A stretch of 64,000 nt of DNA, from positions 4,650,001-4,714,000 of the forward strand of contig OZ024758.1 in NCBI GenBank assembly GCA_964016885.1. The letters are read 5' to 3'. This stretch comes from Eledone cirrhosa (lineage: Eukaryota). The notes under the pieces were generated by a model that was not told the origin of the DNA, did no database searches, and saw only the letters and a program-made list of their open reading frames with translations. Position 1 is the first letter of the stretch. Every line of letters begins with the position of its first letter. This document shows, one piece after another, positions 1-12,193 of this stretch. A program made the position numbers and the translations under genes.

Positions 1-133
1 TCCATGATAGATATAAGGCAACGACTAACAAATCGTTACACATTCACACTTGCCTAATATGTCAGCAGCCATACACGCATGTATGTAATGACCTAAATAT
101 ATGTATATATATATAACATATATATATAATATA

Positions 134-370
134 TAGTAATAATAATAAATTTGAAGACTAAAATCCAAAGAGGGCTCGATAAGGATAAATATATATCAAA
201 TATATAAGAACCGTAGAGCAAATATTTATTAAAATAACAGATTAAAGTTTAAGCAAAGAATCGCTGCTTTCATCTTTAACAGGGTCTTCTGAAACTGTTT
301 CAGAAGATCCCGTTAAGGGTGAAAGCAGCGATTCTTTGCTTAAACTTTAATCTGTTATTTTAATAAATAT
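134..370. mobile_element. Family A (TA)n-flanked fold-back element with hammerhead-like motif, copy 1 (Penelope-like pLTR fragment)
   Basis: Near-perfect inverted repeat 222-295 / 297-370 centred on 296; long arm extends to 134; TA-rich repeats on both sides; second copy at 48564-48795. Confidence 0.75.
297..345 (+). ncRNA. Minimal type I hammerhead-like motif (U4A variant)
   Basis: gttt-CAGAAGA-t ccc gttaa ggg t-GAAA-gca gcgattctt tgc-TT-aaac: stems I, II and III pair; core box reads CAGAAGA rather than CUGANGA. Confidence 0.55.
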
Positions 371-519
371 AATATATATATATATCTATAATATATATAT
401 ATATGTATAAATATATATGTGTATATATATATGTAAATATATATGTATCTATGTATATACATATATATATATATATACATAGGAAAAGAGTCAGTGGTTT
501 CTTAGCAAACTTTCTTTGT

Positions 520-650
520 TATGTATGTATGTATGTATGTATGTATGTATGTATGTATGTATGTATGTATGTATGTATGTATGTATGTGTGTTTTCGTGC
601 GTGTGTGTTTACCTGTGTGTGTGTTTACCTGTGTGTGTGTGAGTGTGTGT
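520..650. repeat. (ATGT)n grading into (GT)n microsatellite
   Basis: Direct reading. Confidence 0.95.
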
Positions 651-1034
651 AGGAGTGTATATATACATGTATGTGTGTGCTGTAACTTCCAGAATACGAG
701 GAAAGCGGTAACAGACTTCTTTGACATACATCTGCATGTATCTCACGTAACAAAATGGAGTAATGCTCTTACATATTAAATGATTCTTCTGTTGTTAGAA
801 CTGCCACACGTACAAATATCTTGGACATTGTCCAAAAGAAGATATTCGCTTAATTAACAAAGACTCACTCGCCAACACAACACCTAATCTCTCGCCTAGA
901 GGGCTTTAGTATTATCATTGTCTATCTACCATAATGGCTTACTTTTTGTTGATGTTGTTTTAGTTCTTTCTTTGAACTTACGAGTTGCATATTTTCTTAT
1001 TTTCTCTTCACCCATACTATATCTAAGCAGTACA

Positions 1035-1345
1035 TCTGCTGCCACATTATACAATATTGAAGCTCCTTTCTTCTCAGGACATTATCTCTGTATATATCAC
1101 TATACCTGCCATTTTTACCCGCAGACAGCAGCATCAAAATGAACAATAACCATTTCAGTCTCGGCATAGCTGCCACATTATACAATATTATATTAAAGAT
1201 TCTTTCTTCTCAGGGAATCATCTCGGCAATGCTGCCACATTATACAAAATTCAAGACCCATTCTTCTCAGGACATCATCTCTCTAGATATCGCTATAATA
1301 GCCATATTTTCCCCGCAGAAAACAGCATCAAACTGAACAATAATC
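1035..1345. repeat. Degenerate tandem duplication (gctgccacattatacaa...ttcttctcagg units)
   Basis: Motif gctgccacattatacaa recurs at ~1038, ~1169, ~1230; ccgcaga..cagcatcaaa.tgaacaataa recurs at ~1118 and ~1313. Confidence 0.8.
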
Positions 1346-1644
1346 ATGTCAAACTTGGCAGCCTTGAAGAATCGTTGATTGTCATAAGCTCTGCTTATTC
1401 GACGAGATTGAACCATATACATTTTTTCACTCGTTTCTTTTTTATCCCTTTGAATTGAAGTTTACCGTTTCTACAGCTAGAGGAAGTGAATTTTCGGTTT
1501 CCTGCTGTGAGCAGCTGGGATCTGGAAGGTCGATGGTTTCATTTAGTAGGTTGATGGTTTCATCCATATATACAGGAATTGCAAACACAAGGTTCTAAAC
1601 ACTTCGCTAAGTACAGCCCTCTAACTCCTTACAGACAACTGACG

Positions 1645-1765
1645 CTGCACACCAGATCCGAACACGGAAGAGCCGAACTCCCACTATCATCGCCTCCAAT
1701 TATCTCGCCCTCCCCAGCTCTTTGTATTATGCGCAAGTGGGGTCCCACGTGCTGGCCGCCCCACC
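1645..1765 (+). repeat. Unclassified dispersed repeat (homolog at 48810-48903)
   Basis: Shared aactcccact.tca..gcctcc and tgggg.c..acgtgctggcc.cc blocks. Confidence 0.6.
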
Positions 1766-1884
1766 ACCCCGGCGGACAGAATAGCGAAGGTATTTCGGTG
1801 TTTTTTGCATGTATATATGAACATATGAAATCATGCATGTATTAATTTCTATTCTTATTAATAACTGCATTGTTTCTTTCTGAA

Positions 1885-2213
1885 CTCCCTCCTGTTGAAC
1901 ATCATCTGGTTTGCCAGCACTGTGGTCGAGTGTGCCTGAGCAAAGCTGGTTTGATTAGACACGAAGAAAGTCATATCAGTAGACCTCATTTAGATTATGA
2001 TCTGAAAAGGTGTATGGAATGTGGCAAGGAATGTGTTAGCATGGGAGGTCTTAAAAGACACATGAGAACACACAGAACAAAGCAATGGAAAGTCCCAGAA
2101 GAGTCTACAGAGAGTGCAAGTCTTTGGCTGGTTTCAAGAACCACATTCGTACCTCACAATTTCGAGCATTTTATCGGGCAATGGCAATACTCGAACACGA
2201 GTTTGCAGCCATC
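1885..2213 (+). mobile_element. 3' end of an RTE-clade LINE with three C-terminal C2H2 zinc fingers (third disrupted), followed by an (ATGT)n tail
   Basis: CQHCGRVCLSKAGLIRHEESH and CMECGKECVSMGGLKRHMRTH in one frame; ECKSLAGFKNHIRT in another; ctcg-aaca-cgag hairpin then gcagccatc, immediately followed by ATGT repeats. No TGEKP linkers. Confidence 0.7.
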
Positions 2214-3089
2214 ATGTGTGTATTTATGTATGTATTAACGTATGTATGTATATATGTATGTGTGAATGTATGTATGTAATGTATGAATGAACGTATATAT
2301 GTAATGTAAGTTTTATGTATATAATGTATGAATGTATCTATGAATATATGTAATGTATGTATATAATATATGTATTATGTATGTAACTATACATGTGTAT
2401 CTATATCTAGGTAGATATGTTTATAAACTTGCTTACTCTTACGATTAGATGTTTTACACTTTCTCTCGGCCGACAGTTTGCTAACAGATGAGATTCTAAA
2501 GAAATGATTTTGTTTAATGTATATAAAGATATTTATCTTATATATGTATATGCTCATATGTATATTATATCACAGTTATATATATAAGATATATATATAT
2601 ATATTTATATAAGATATATATATATTTATATAAGATATATATATATTTATATATATATATTTATATAGATACATTTATATAAGATATATATATGTTCCTA
2701 TGTATATATATATTGTAAAATATTTCATCATGACAGTAGTGAGACTTAGAGAATATCTCACATAAAACTAAGTTCTATATTCCTGTATCAGTAGATTCAT
2801 TGTTATACAACATGTAGCAAGTTCATTACAGAGGTGATATGTGATAATAGTAACTGTCTGGATTTTAATTATTTGTCTCGTAATATAATTGACGACAGAT
2901 ATATTAGTACGCTGTTACTTTCCTGGCTTTCCATAGGCGGCCATTTTGTTTTTTCATACAAACTTCCTTCAATATACTTTGCACTGTCATGTACATTCTG
3001 ATATCTATAATTCAACACATCATTTAGAATTCAATCATAAATGTGTACGTACACATGCACTACACATATGGACACTCATACACACGAAA

Positions 3090-3130
<41 letters not shown>

Positions 3131-3136
3131 TGAATA

Positions 3137-3184
<48 letters not shown>

Positions 3185-3480
3185 AATATATATGCATATA
3201 CATAAACATACACATATATATATGCATATACATATATATAATCATATATATATTATATATTTATATTATATATTTATATATAATATATATATTATATATT
3301 TATTTTATATATATGTATGTATATATATATTTATATATAATATATATATTATATATTTATTTTATATATATGTATGTATATATATATTTATATATAATAT
3401 ATATATTATATATTTATTTTATATATATGTATGTATATATATATTTATATATAATATATATATTATATATTTATTTTATA

Positions 3481-3511
<31 letters not shown>

Positions 3512-3772
3512 ATAATATATATATTATATATTTATTTTATATATATGTATATATATATATATTTATATATAATATATATATTATATATTTATTTTATATA
3601 TATGTATATATCTATATATTTATATATAATATATATATTTATTTTATATATATGTATATATATATACATATATTTATATATAATCATATATATTATATAT
3701 TTATTTTATATATATGTATATATATATATTTATTTATAATCATATATATATTATATATTTATTTTATATATG
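3090..3772. repeat. (TA)/(CA) microsatellite and ~60-bp TA-rich minisatellite
   Basis: Repeated tatttatatataatatatatattatatatttattttatatatatgt units. Confidence 0.9.
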
Positions 3773-4926
3773 TAGAGTGAGAGAGAGATAAATAGGTACA
3801 TATATACAACATACATGTATGTGTACATAGCTGAATGTATGTATGAATATGTATATTTCCTTAAGAGTGTGTATATTTCTGCTGCGTTGCTGTACAACTA
3901 TATTGAGATACCCACACATTAATATACTTTAATAAACTAAACTAAATCACCTGTGCCTCTTTACATATGCGTGCGTGTGCGTGTGTGTGCATGTGTGTGC
4001 GTGTGCGTGTGTGTGTGTGTGTTTTATTATACATAGGCTTCGATGCAAACAAATAACTTGGCAGTCCAAATTCTAAGAGTGAACAAAAAAAATTTTCAAT
4101 GGCTTTCTGAACAAATAACCATTGAAATAAGCATCATTAGAATTTTCGTTTGTACTCCAAACAAACATTCTATGTTTAGACAGCAAATAATACCAAGATG
4201 GAAATCTGCCAAATCAGTACAAGCACTATTTTGTTCTTTTAAGAACTATTTCACTGAAAAATATATTTGAACAATGCTCCACCGAACATTCAACTTGGTA
4301 ATCAGTCTGAACTTAAGGTTTTAAGACTGCTATGCCTCAATTATCTACAATATTTATTTTAGATTCAATGATTAAACAAATTAATTACTTATTAAATACT
4401 CTCAAATAATCTAAGCAATCATGTAAGTTAACAGTTTTCTGCTTGTTTTCGTGTTTGTTTTTTAATGAAAAAAAATCGTTGCAGAGAAGAGAATAGAGTG
4501 TGGTCGGTGGTCGGTAAAGGGTTCCGCTTTATTGGTTTAACTTGTAGAAAATATTCTTTGATTATTTTTCACCTTCATCTCAACATCCGCATAACTTAAC
4601 CATGTAACGCCTATTAGTAATACATATTGCAGCTTCTAATACTAAATTGCTATGGGAGAAAATTTCATATACGCTAAAAATATCTACTAGAGTTATAATT
4701 ATAAGAACGGTAGTAGTAGTATTAGCAGAATTAATTCTCCTGCATACATTCGGAACAAACAATCTACAAGGTAGCTTGTTCTGTTCCTGCCATCTCTCGG
4801 TTACAAATCTTCGATTTTTTTTTTTTGATTTTTTATATTTTCTTACCTGCATATTAATTATTTAGGCGTTATACCGTTAAATAATGTTTTGTTGCTTTCT
4901 GACAGATCAGGTGGCAGTAGTGTCGC

Positions 4927-4985
4927 TAGAAGGTATAGGGTCGTTAGAAGGTATAGGGTCGTCAGAAGGTATAGGGTCGTTAGAA
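4927..4985. repeat. 18-bp tandem repeat (agaaggtatagggtcgtt) x3
   Basis: Direct reading. Confidence 0.9.
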
Positions 4986-5504
4986 CGTCGAATAGAATGC
5001 TTTGTGGTATTCGTTTCGACTCTTTATTCTCTCGTATGTATGAGTATATAAATATAAATGCGCAAACAGACACACGGACAAAAATACACACTCACATTCA
5101 TACATTCACACACTTACACAAAGCGTATCAAATGGAACGCCAGCCGCTGTTTTGCTATAGGTTTTTTTACCATCTCTTTCCTTCCTTTTATACACACATA
5201 CATTCACACAAACACACACACCCAGACACATTCTGTAACGAACGGACGGACGGAAATCACTCAAATTTATATATAGATTACATAAAATCATGAAAGAAAC
5301 CAAATTTCCAGTAGACTTTTATTACTATTAGTGACAATTCTTAAAGATACATGATGTAAACACGCATGCCCAATTAGCATTTGCTTCTAAACCAAATTCA
5401 TCAACTCTCGGAATATTCTCCACACGTATCGACTAGCCTGATATACCAGTCAAATGTATATTTAATTACATCCTGCGGTATTAGTGAAAGATATATGTTC
5501 CTAT

Positions 5505-5955
5505 ACGTAGTTCTAAAGCTGAGCGCTAGGGGGCACTGGGGCCTAAGGGGGCAGTAGAAATGATATAATAGTAAATATCAAATGATATATATATATATAT
5601 ATAAATATAGTAAAACAAAAATATATAATATTAATTTATACATAGTATATATTATATTATTCATTATATATAAATTGACGATTTGATTTATTATATATTA
5701 TTTACAATTTATAGGAGCGGTGGATTGACAGTATCGGTAGAGGGTCGGACGCCATGTTTTATAGCATAGAGGGGCGATAAAATAAAGTACCAGTAATGCA
5801 CTGGGGTAATTGCTGGCCTTATACGAAACGTAGAAACAATTATTTACAATTTGCGTGTAGGCAGGTCTCTCTGGATATAGGATTGAAGGGTGCTGAGGGT
5901 ATTACCAAGCTTTGGGGCGGGACGGTGGCCCCCAAAAGGTTTTAAAACGTCTGCT
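5505..5955. mobile_element. Possible degenerate hAT-type MITE interrupted by a SINE
   Basis: Ends resemble the hAT terminal pattern (gtagttctaaagctg ... aaaaggttttaaaacgtctg) with subterminal gggg/ggccccc motifs; strongly decayed. Confidence 0.3.
5714..5843 (+). mobile_element. tRNA-derived SINE (main family), internally deleted
   Basis: SINE head joined directly to the cgataaaataaagtaccag 3' part; TSD ttatttacaattt on both sides. Confidence 0.85.
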
Positions 5956-7017
5956 CTAAATTGACATGATAGCTATACGTAGATTGACATGATCGTTATA
6001 TATGATCGCTAACACGTTTTATAGTCGAAGTTTTGATCAGTTGATAAGCCAAGACATTGCCTGGGGTTTGTTTGTTTTCTCTTTCGTCTTGTTTGGTTTT
6101 CTTGTTTTAATTGACTGAACCAAAATAACGGAATAATCAACAAACTGAAGATAGATGAATGTCTAGTTACTCTGTTAACGATTCCTGACAATTCAGATTT
6201 AGTATGCTTCGTTTCCTTGTAAACTTGGAAGGTCATTTTAACCTCTATTACTTTTACATACAACATCTACATCACACAATTATAATGTTTGTTGATCGTA
6301 TTGCGCAGATAGTTTCATAGAAACGTGAAAATCAGGGTTGGAGGAAGCTATAAAAAGCAATGGAACATTTATATAGGTAATTTCTAGTGGGGTATTATTA
6401 AAATTCAAGCCGTGCTGGTTATATTATTTTTTTTTTTCTTCTGTGAGAGGTGGGAGAGAAATATTTTAGACACAAAATCAAATAAGCTGCAATAAATATA
6501 ACGTAAAGCATTAGTTTTGTGAACACACAACAGATTCTTGGTTCAGAGAGCTACGAAAATAATTGCCTCTTTGATGGATTCAAACGTCACAGAATCGAGA
6601 AAAACCACGTGCTCACACCCCAGATAATGGAAGATTTGTTTAATTCACCATGCATCGCTTGTACAATTTTGATTAAATTTTCCACGCAACAGAATAACAA
6701 TTTTTTTAAAGAAATAAACAAGTTATGTGAAAGAGCTAAATATATGGTTCACTGCTCTAGCTATCTGCTGAAACAACATAGTGCCACAAACGAAACAATA
6801 CTCATTTCTCTACCTGCTAGAAATAACAGCCATTTTTTTTTTCTCTGCGGGTGGATAGCAGAAGGATGTTGTCTTAGAGGTACACTGTGAGAAAAAGCAA
6901 TGACATGGTCAGGCCTTGAACACTTTTGATGTATTCAATATATGTTTTAAATGTTTCGTGGTAAGAAAAGAGTTAAATCAAAAATAGAATATTGAGATAC
7001 AAGATATTAAGACGTTG

Positions 7018-7078
<61 letters not shown>

Positions 7079-7152
7079 CAAAGCAAACAAAAAAATTCAA
7101 TGAAAAACTGTCTTTGTATCCTCAACTATTGTTTGTCAATTGTTGTGGAACA

Positions 7153-7201
<49 letters not shown>

Positions 7202-7221
7202 CTATATATATATATAATATT

Positions 7222-7360
7222 AGGTATAAATCGAAGTTGTGGCTGCAGATACTATTGGAGTCGTTTGAGGCAATCACAAAGAACTTAATGGAGCGATATG
7301 TTAATACATTACCACCCACAACAATTAAAATGTGTGACACCAAGAAAGACGACCGTATGT
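7222..7360 (+). repeat. TA-flanked dispersed repeat (homolog at 57896-58032)
   Basis: Shared ggtat.aatcgaagttgt.gc.gca, gtttgagg, gcga...g.taatacatta blocks; both copies bounded by TA repeats. Confidence 0.55.
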
Positions 7361-8121
7361 ATATATAAATTTATATATTGAAGCAAGTCTTCCTCATATA
7401 CCTCTGCTTTGTGTAACAAGTAATAACACATTAACGATTAGATTTATATATTGATAGACATATTGGTTCATATTTAGAAAAATATGTCATCTTTTATAAT
7501 GATATCTTGCTGTATTTTGACTTTGGTAAATGTAAAAATATAAATAATAGATTAGTCTTCCCAATACTTATGCGTGGAATTTCTATATGGCTTTTTTATT
7601 TTATTTTCTATTACAACAGAGTCAATTAGTTAAAGTCATTAGAAAATTAAGACTATCTAAAATTCGTTAACTTGTAAGCCAAAGGGAGATATGTTTTAGA
7701 AAGAAAGAAAAAACATTCATTAAACACCAGGCTGTATTCTTTAAACATTCTTTTTTATCGTTAGCTGATCACATTTAATTTATAATAGAAAACAATCGAC
7801 CATACTAATTTCTAAAACAAAAACCAAGGCCCAAGGGCGAGGAAATCGAGAGCATATTAATTCATTCGATGAAGCTTCCTGGTCAAAGTTGTATAAATGA
7901 ACCTTATTAATTATTTCTGACAATTATCATCATAGTGTTACTGAATACAGAATCAAGCTAAAATGTCAAACAACAATAGAATCAGGAAATCCTGAGACTT
8001 CGTTATCCGATAGTATTTTCTACTTTCCCTGAGTGACAATATTTGCCGAGTAGACTGTATGACGGCGTTGAAGTAGCTGTTGTTGCTACTCAAGGCTTAT
8101 AGAAAGGAAAACGAAACGAAA

Positions 8122-8255
8122 ATAGCTGTTGAAACGGCAAGAGCTCAGCCGATGAGTGCTGACTCTTTATAATATAACTGAACTCTACGACACCAAATAT
8201 CGAGTACTCTGGTGACTAATGGCTTAACCGGTTTCAAACTGAATTCATCCTGATG
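8122..8255 (+). mobile_element. Family B-related element, diverged
   Basis: tagctgttgaaacggcaagagctcagccg...gactcttt...tcgagtactctggtg; closest to 56420-56545. Confidence 0.6.
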
Positions 8256-8271
8256 TATGTATATATGTGAG

Positions 8272-8452
8272 TCCCGGGATCAATCGAGAGTAGCTACAAA
8301 TAGGTAAGGTACTCAATACATTAGTAGAATGTATACAACAAATTCAATATAGAAGTGAATTCTACAGGACTAGAACTGTTTCATTTGAAGGAAATCATAA
8401 TTTCCTTCGAATGAAACAGTTCTAGTCCTGTAGAAGACATTTCTATATTAAA
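8272..8452. mobile_element. Family C fold-back element
   Basis: Inverted arms ttctacaggactagaactgtttcatt / aatgaaacagttctagtcctgtagaa centred near 8398; long arm on the minus strand ends at cccggg next to a TA-rich tract. Confidence 0.75.
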
Positions 8453-9424
8453 ACTCATATATGTATATGTATATATATGTATATATATATATATATATGA
8501 GTGTGGGTGTTTGTGTGTGCGTGTGCGTTGTATATTCTGCGGGACATTTGCCTACTCTTCCTAGTCGTACGACCGATCGTTGGAGAATATATTTGCCACA
8601 TACCGGAGTATATTTGTATAATTATGCGTATTTGAGTATATGCGCATGCGTGTGCGTACGTTTCCTCTAATCTATAGGAACAAATTATATGATTATGTTG
8701 CTGTAAGAAGACAAGGAAGACATAAGTAGTAGCTGTTTGGTGAATTTACTTTGCTTGTCTTTACTAACAAAGCTGTTGAAGAAAAGTTGATAGACAAATT
8801 AGAAGCAAACATATATAAAATAGACTAAAAGTTCAAATCAGTAGGTTTTAGTTGAGAATCAATTTTGGCCAAGCACCAGAATATAGCTCTACAACTGAAC
8901 AGTGAATGCTTCTTGGTGATCTGTATTATAGCAACTAACTTTTGAATCATTGATGATTTGCTTGTAAAAGGTTATGGTCGGAAACAAAGGAGTGTTGATT
9001 AGCCTTACTAGGTGGCGCTGTTTAGACGGCAAATTCCGTTTTGGGAGTGTGTGTAATGGTTTAGACACACACACGCACACATATATATATATACATGTAC
9101 GTACACAAATACACACACTCATACACACACATAAAAACACATGCGTATATACAAACACACAAACGAACAGGCATATACATCACGCATACACATATAAATA
9201 TATATGTATATATTTATTTCTTTATATCTGTGTGGTGTGTGTGTGGTGTGTGTGGTGTGTGTGGTGTGTGTGGTGTGTGTGGTGTGTGTGGTGTGTGGTG
9301 TGTGGTGTGTGTGTGGTGTGTGGTGTGTGGTGTGTGTGTGAACTATATTAGTGACGCTCTTTGAAATCACATTGTCCTTGACGAAGTTAGCATCATTAAT
9401 GTTGCTGGAAATATAGTTTTTGTT

Positions 9425-9745
9425 GACGACGGTGATGAGGGTGATGGTGGTGATGGGGGTGGTGCTGATGGGTGATGGTGGTGGTGGTGGTGATGACGAT
9501 GATGAGGTGTGCTATTGATACTAAGAGGTCCACGGTGCCAATGACGACGGCGTTGATGAAGATAATGATGAGGAAGATAAGGATGATGGTGATAAAGATG
9601 ACGATGGTGATAACGACGATGGTGATGATGATAATGATGATGATAATGGTTGATGATAGTGATGATGATGATGGCCATGATAATAATGATGATAATGATG
9701 ATGATGACGGTAATAATGATGATAATGATGATGATGATGATGATG
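9425..9745. repeat. Degenerate (GAT/GGT)n trinucleotide repeat
   Basis: Direct reading; explains the His/Asp/Met-rich ORFs. Confidence 0.9.
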
Positions 9746-10094
9746 CAGTGGAAAAACGGATGGGTAATTATAGATTTGCTAATTAATGAATGATTTTATA
9801 TCAGCAATGAGTTCTCTCCCTTTCCTAACATGTGATATACTATTTTATAAGGGTAATGAAGATGCTACCTGTGAAATGAAGATGGCGAATGTTCATGGTG
9901 CTGATAAAATTAATTATGATGGCGCTGATAATGATCCAGGGTTAATGATGTTGATGTTATAAAATAGAACTGCATTGAGGTTCCTCGTGATAATGTTGGT
10001 AATAATTACAGCTACGTTAATAATGATGACATTATGGGTATTGATGATAATGAGAAGAGTGAGTGTGTTATCAATAATGAGCGGCGGGGGGTGG

Positions 10095-10805
10095 GGGTGT
10101 TGAGAAGTATGGCGGGAGGATATTAGGCCATGTAGCTTTTAGACCACATGGTGGTGTTGAAAAAAATATGAAGGAGAAATATTGAACCGTGTGGCGTCGG
10201 GTCTCATGATGGTGTTTAAAAAAAATAAGAGTAGGAAATATTGAACCATGTGGCTTTAGATCACATGACGGTGTTGAGAAGTATTGGGTAGTGGGGGTTG
10301 GGCGATATTAGGCCATGTAGCTTTTAGACCACATGGTGGTGTTGAAAAAAATATGAAGGAGAAATATTGAACCGTGTGGCGTCGGGTCTCATGATGGTGT
10401 TTAAAAAAAATAAGAGTAGGAAATATTGAACCATGTGGCTTTAGATCACATGACGGTGTTGAGAAGTATTGGGTAGTGGGGGTTGGGCGATATTAGGCCA
10501 TGTAGCTTTTAGACCACATGGTGGTGCTGAAAAAAATATGAAGGAGAAATATTGAACCGTGTGGCTTCAGCTCACGTGATGGTGTGGAGAAGTATGGGGG
10601 GGGGAATATTAGGCCACGTAGCTTTAGACCACATGGTAGTGTTGAGAGGAATAGGGTGAGATATTAATCCATGTAGCTTTAGACTATGTGATGGTGTTTG
10701 AAAAAATAGGGGGAAGAAGTATTGAACCATGTGGCTTTAGGCCACATGGTGGTATTGAAAAGAATATGAGGGAGAATTATTAAGACATGTGGCTTCAGAT
10801 CACAC
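10095..10805. repeat. ~60-bp hairpin-containing minisatellite with a 185-bp higher-order repeat
   Basis: About 12 monomers; tattaggcca recurs at 10121, 10306 and 10491 (period 185 = 3 monomers); monomers contain ccatgtgg-ctttaga-ccacatgg-like inverted repeats. Confidence 0.9.
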
Positions 10806-11053
10806 ACAAGACATACTACAACAACTCATAACACATAGGAAAACTAATCAGCATCCAGCAACATAACTGACATGTCCAAGAATGCACTCAATACGTGGTG
10901 TTCAAATACAACTCTACATCACCAAAAATCAACCTTCAGATATATTTCAAGTGGACTTCGGGATGTATAGGAAACTGGTATAAGTCTATTGAAAATATGA
11001 GGGTGATGATAATGGTTATGATGATGATAGCAAGAAGTGGGGAGGAGAATACG

Positions 11054-11190
11054 TACGACGACGACGGACGGACGGACGACGGCGACGACGGCGACGACGG
11101 ACGACGGACGACGGACGACGGACGACGACGACGACGACGACGAACGACGAACGACGGACGACGACGACGACGGACGACGAACGACGACGA
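11054..11190. repeat. (GAC)/(GACG)n CpG-rich microsatellite
   Basis: Direct reading. Confidence 0.9.
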
Positions 11191-11375
11191 TTTTAATGTT
11201 AATTGTTTCTGATTTGATAACTGATAGCTGTAGGTGATATGGTTCATGTTTAAGATGTAGGTGGTGAATGCCCAGGTTGTACTGGTAATTGTAATATATG
11301 TTCACAGTGAAAGAAGCTCCGCATCAAACGAACTTGATTCTCTAGGTGCAGATTTGAAAGAGAAAATTATATGAA

Positions 11376-11468
11376 ATCTCAGCACATGGAAGTATAGCAG
11401 ATCTCAGCACAGGGAAGTACAGCAGATCTCAGCACAGGGAAGTACAGCAGATCTCAGGACGGAAGTAC
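11376..11468. repeat. 25-bp tandem repeat (atctcagcacagggaagtacagcag) x~4
   Basis: Direct reading. Confidence 0.9.
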
Positions 11469-11504
11469 GTAAAATATTGACCCACCAGAAATTACTAGAA
11501 ATAT

Positions 11505-11612
11505 ATAATTGTTTCTACCTTTGGCACAAGGCCAACAATTATCCCAGTGCATTACTGGTACTTTATTTGATCGACCCCGTAAGGATGAAAGACAAAGTTA
11601 ACCTCGGCAGAA
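11505..11612 (-). mobile_element. Main SINE, 3' half
   Basis: Reverse complement of the SINE body and tail. Confidence 0.85.
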
Positions 11613-11750
11613 TGAAGCAGAATCAGAAAAACGTACTGCAAATTATATGGAAATTGAGGGTGGGTACAAGGTTGCCTGTGGCAGCCTTGCATTAAAATGT
11701 TGGATGATTCTTACAATGAAAATTCGCCAGTATTATAAAAAAAAAATGAT

Positions 11751-11937
11751 GCTGGATCGGCAGTATCAGCAGAGGGTCAGACGCCAAGCTTTGCAGCAAA
11801 GAGTTACGGCCCTTTATGATCTGGGTTCAAATCCCGCCGAGGTTAACTTTGTCTTTCATCCTTACGGGGTCGATAAAATAAATACCAGTAATGTACTGGG
11901 ATAATTGCTGGCCTTGTGCCAAAAGTAGAAACAATTA
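11751..11937 (+). mobile_element. Main tRNA-derived SINE, near full length
   Basis: A-box-like ggcagtatc, B-box ggttcaaatcc, central tttcatccttacggggtcgataaaat, tail agaaacaatta. Confidence 0.9.
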
Positions 11938-11967
11938 CAAAAGAAATATCTACGGTACAAATGAGGT

Positions 11968-12193
11968 TTAACCCTTTAGCATTTACATTACTTTATATAT
12001 ACCACTGTATGTTCTCGGTAAAGGCTTTATCTTATATAATAACTCACATAATATTGAATCTGAGTATTTGGTATTATTTATTTTCAGAATAATACCTTGA
12101 TCTAAGTATGAGTGGCTAGTTATAGCCAGTTTGAAAAGAAAGAAATGAGGGAATTCTGGCCGGTTATGGCCGGTTTAAATGCTAAAGGGTTAA
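11968..12193. mobile_element. piggyBac-type MITE
   Basis: TTAA-ccctttagcattta ... taaatgctaaaggg-TTAA: perfect 14-bp TIRs starting CCC, with TTAA TSD. Confidence 0.9.

Noticed and set aside
1870-2238. Host C2H2 zinc-finger gene
   Set aside because: No TGEKP linkers, third finger frameshifted, immediately followed by a retroposon-type tail.
4843-5035. Minus-strand exon ending at a strong donor (GCAG|GTAAGA near 4846)
   Set aside because: No recognisable protein or supporting neighbouring exons; could be a UTR exon but cannot be supported without RNA-seq.
6519-6890. 123-aa ORF in non-repetitive sequence
   Set aside because: GTG start, no recognisable motif, no splice support.
9367-9786. His-rich and Asp/Met-rich ORFs
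   Set aside because: Degenerate GAT/GGT trinucleotide repeat.
10095-10805. CRISPR-like repeat-spacer array
   Set aside because: Linkers are homologous to one another, monomers are degenerate, there are no cas genes and the context is eukaryotic.
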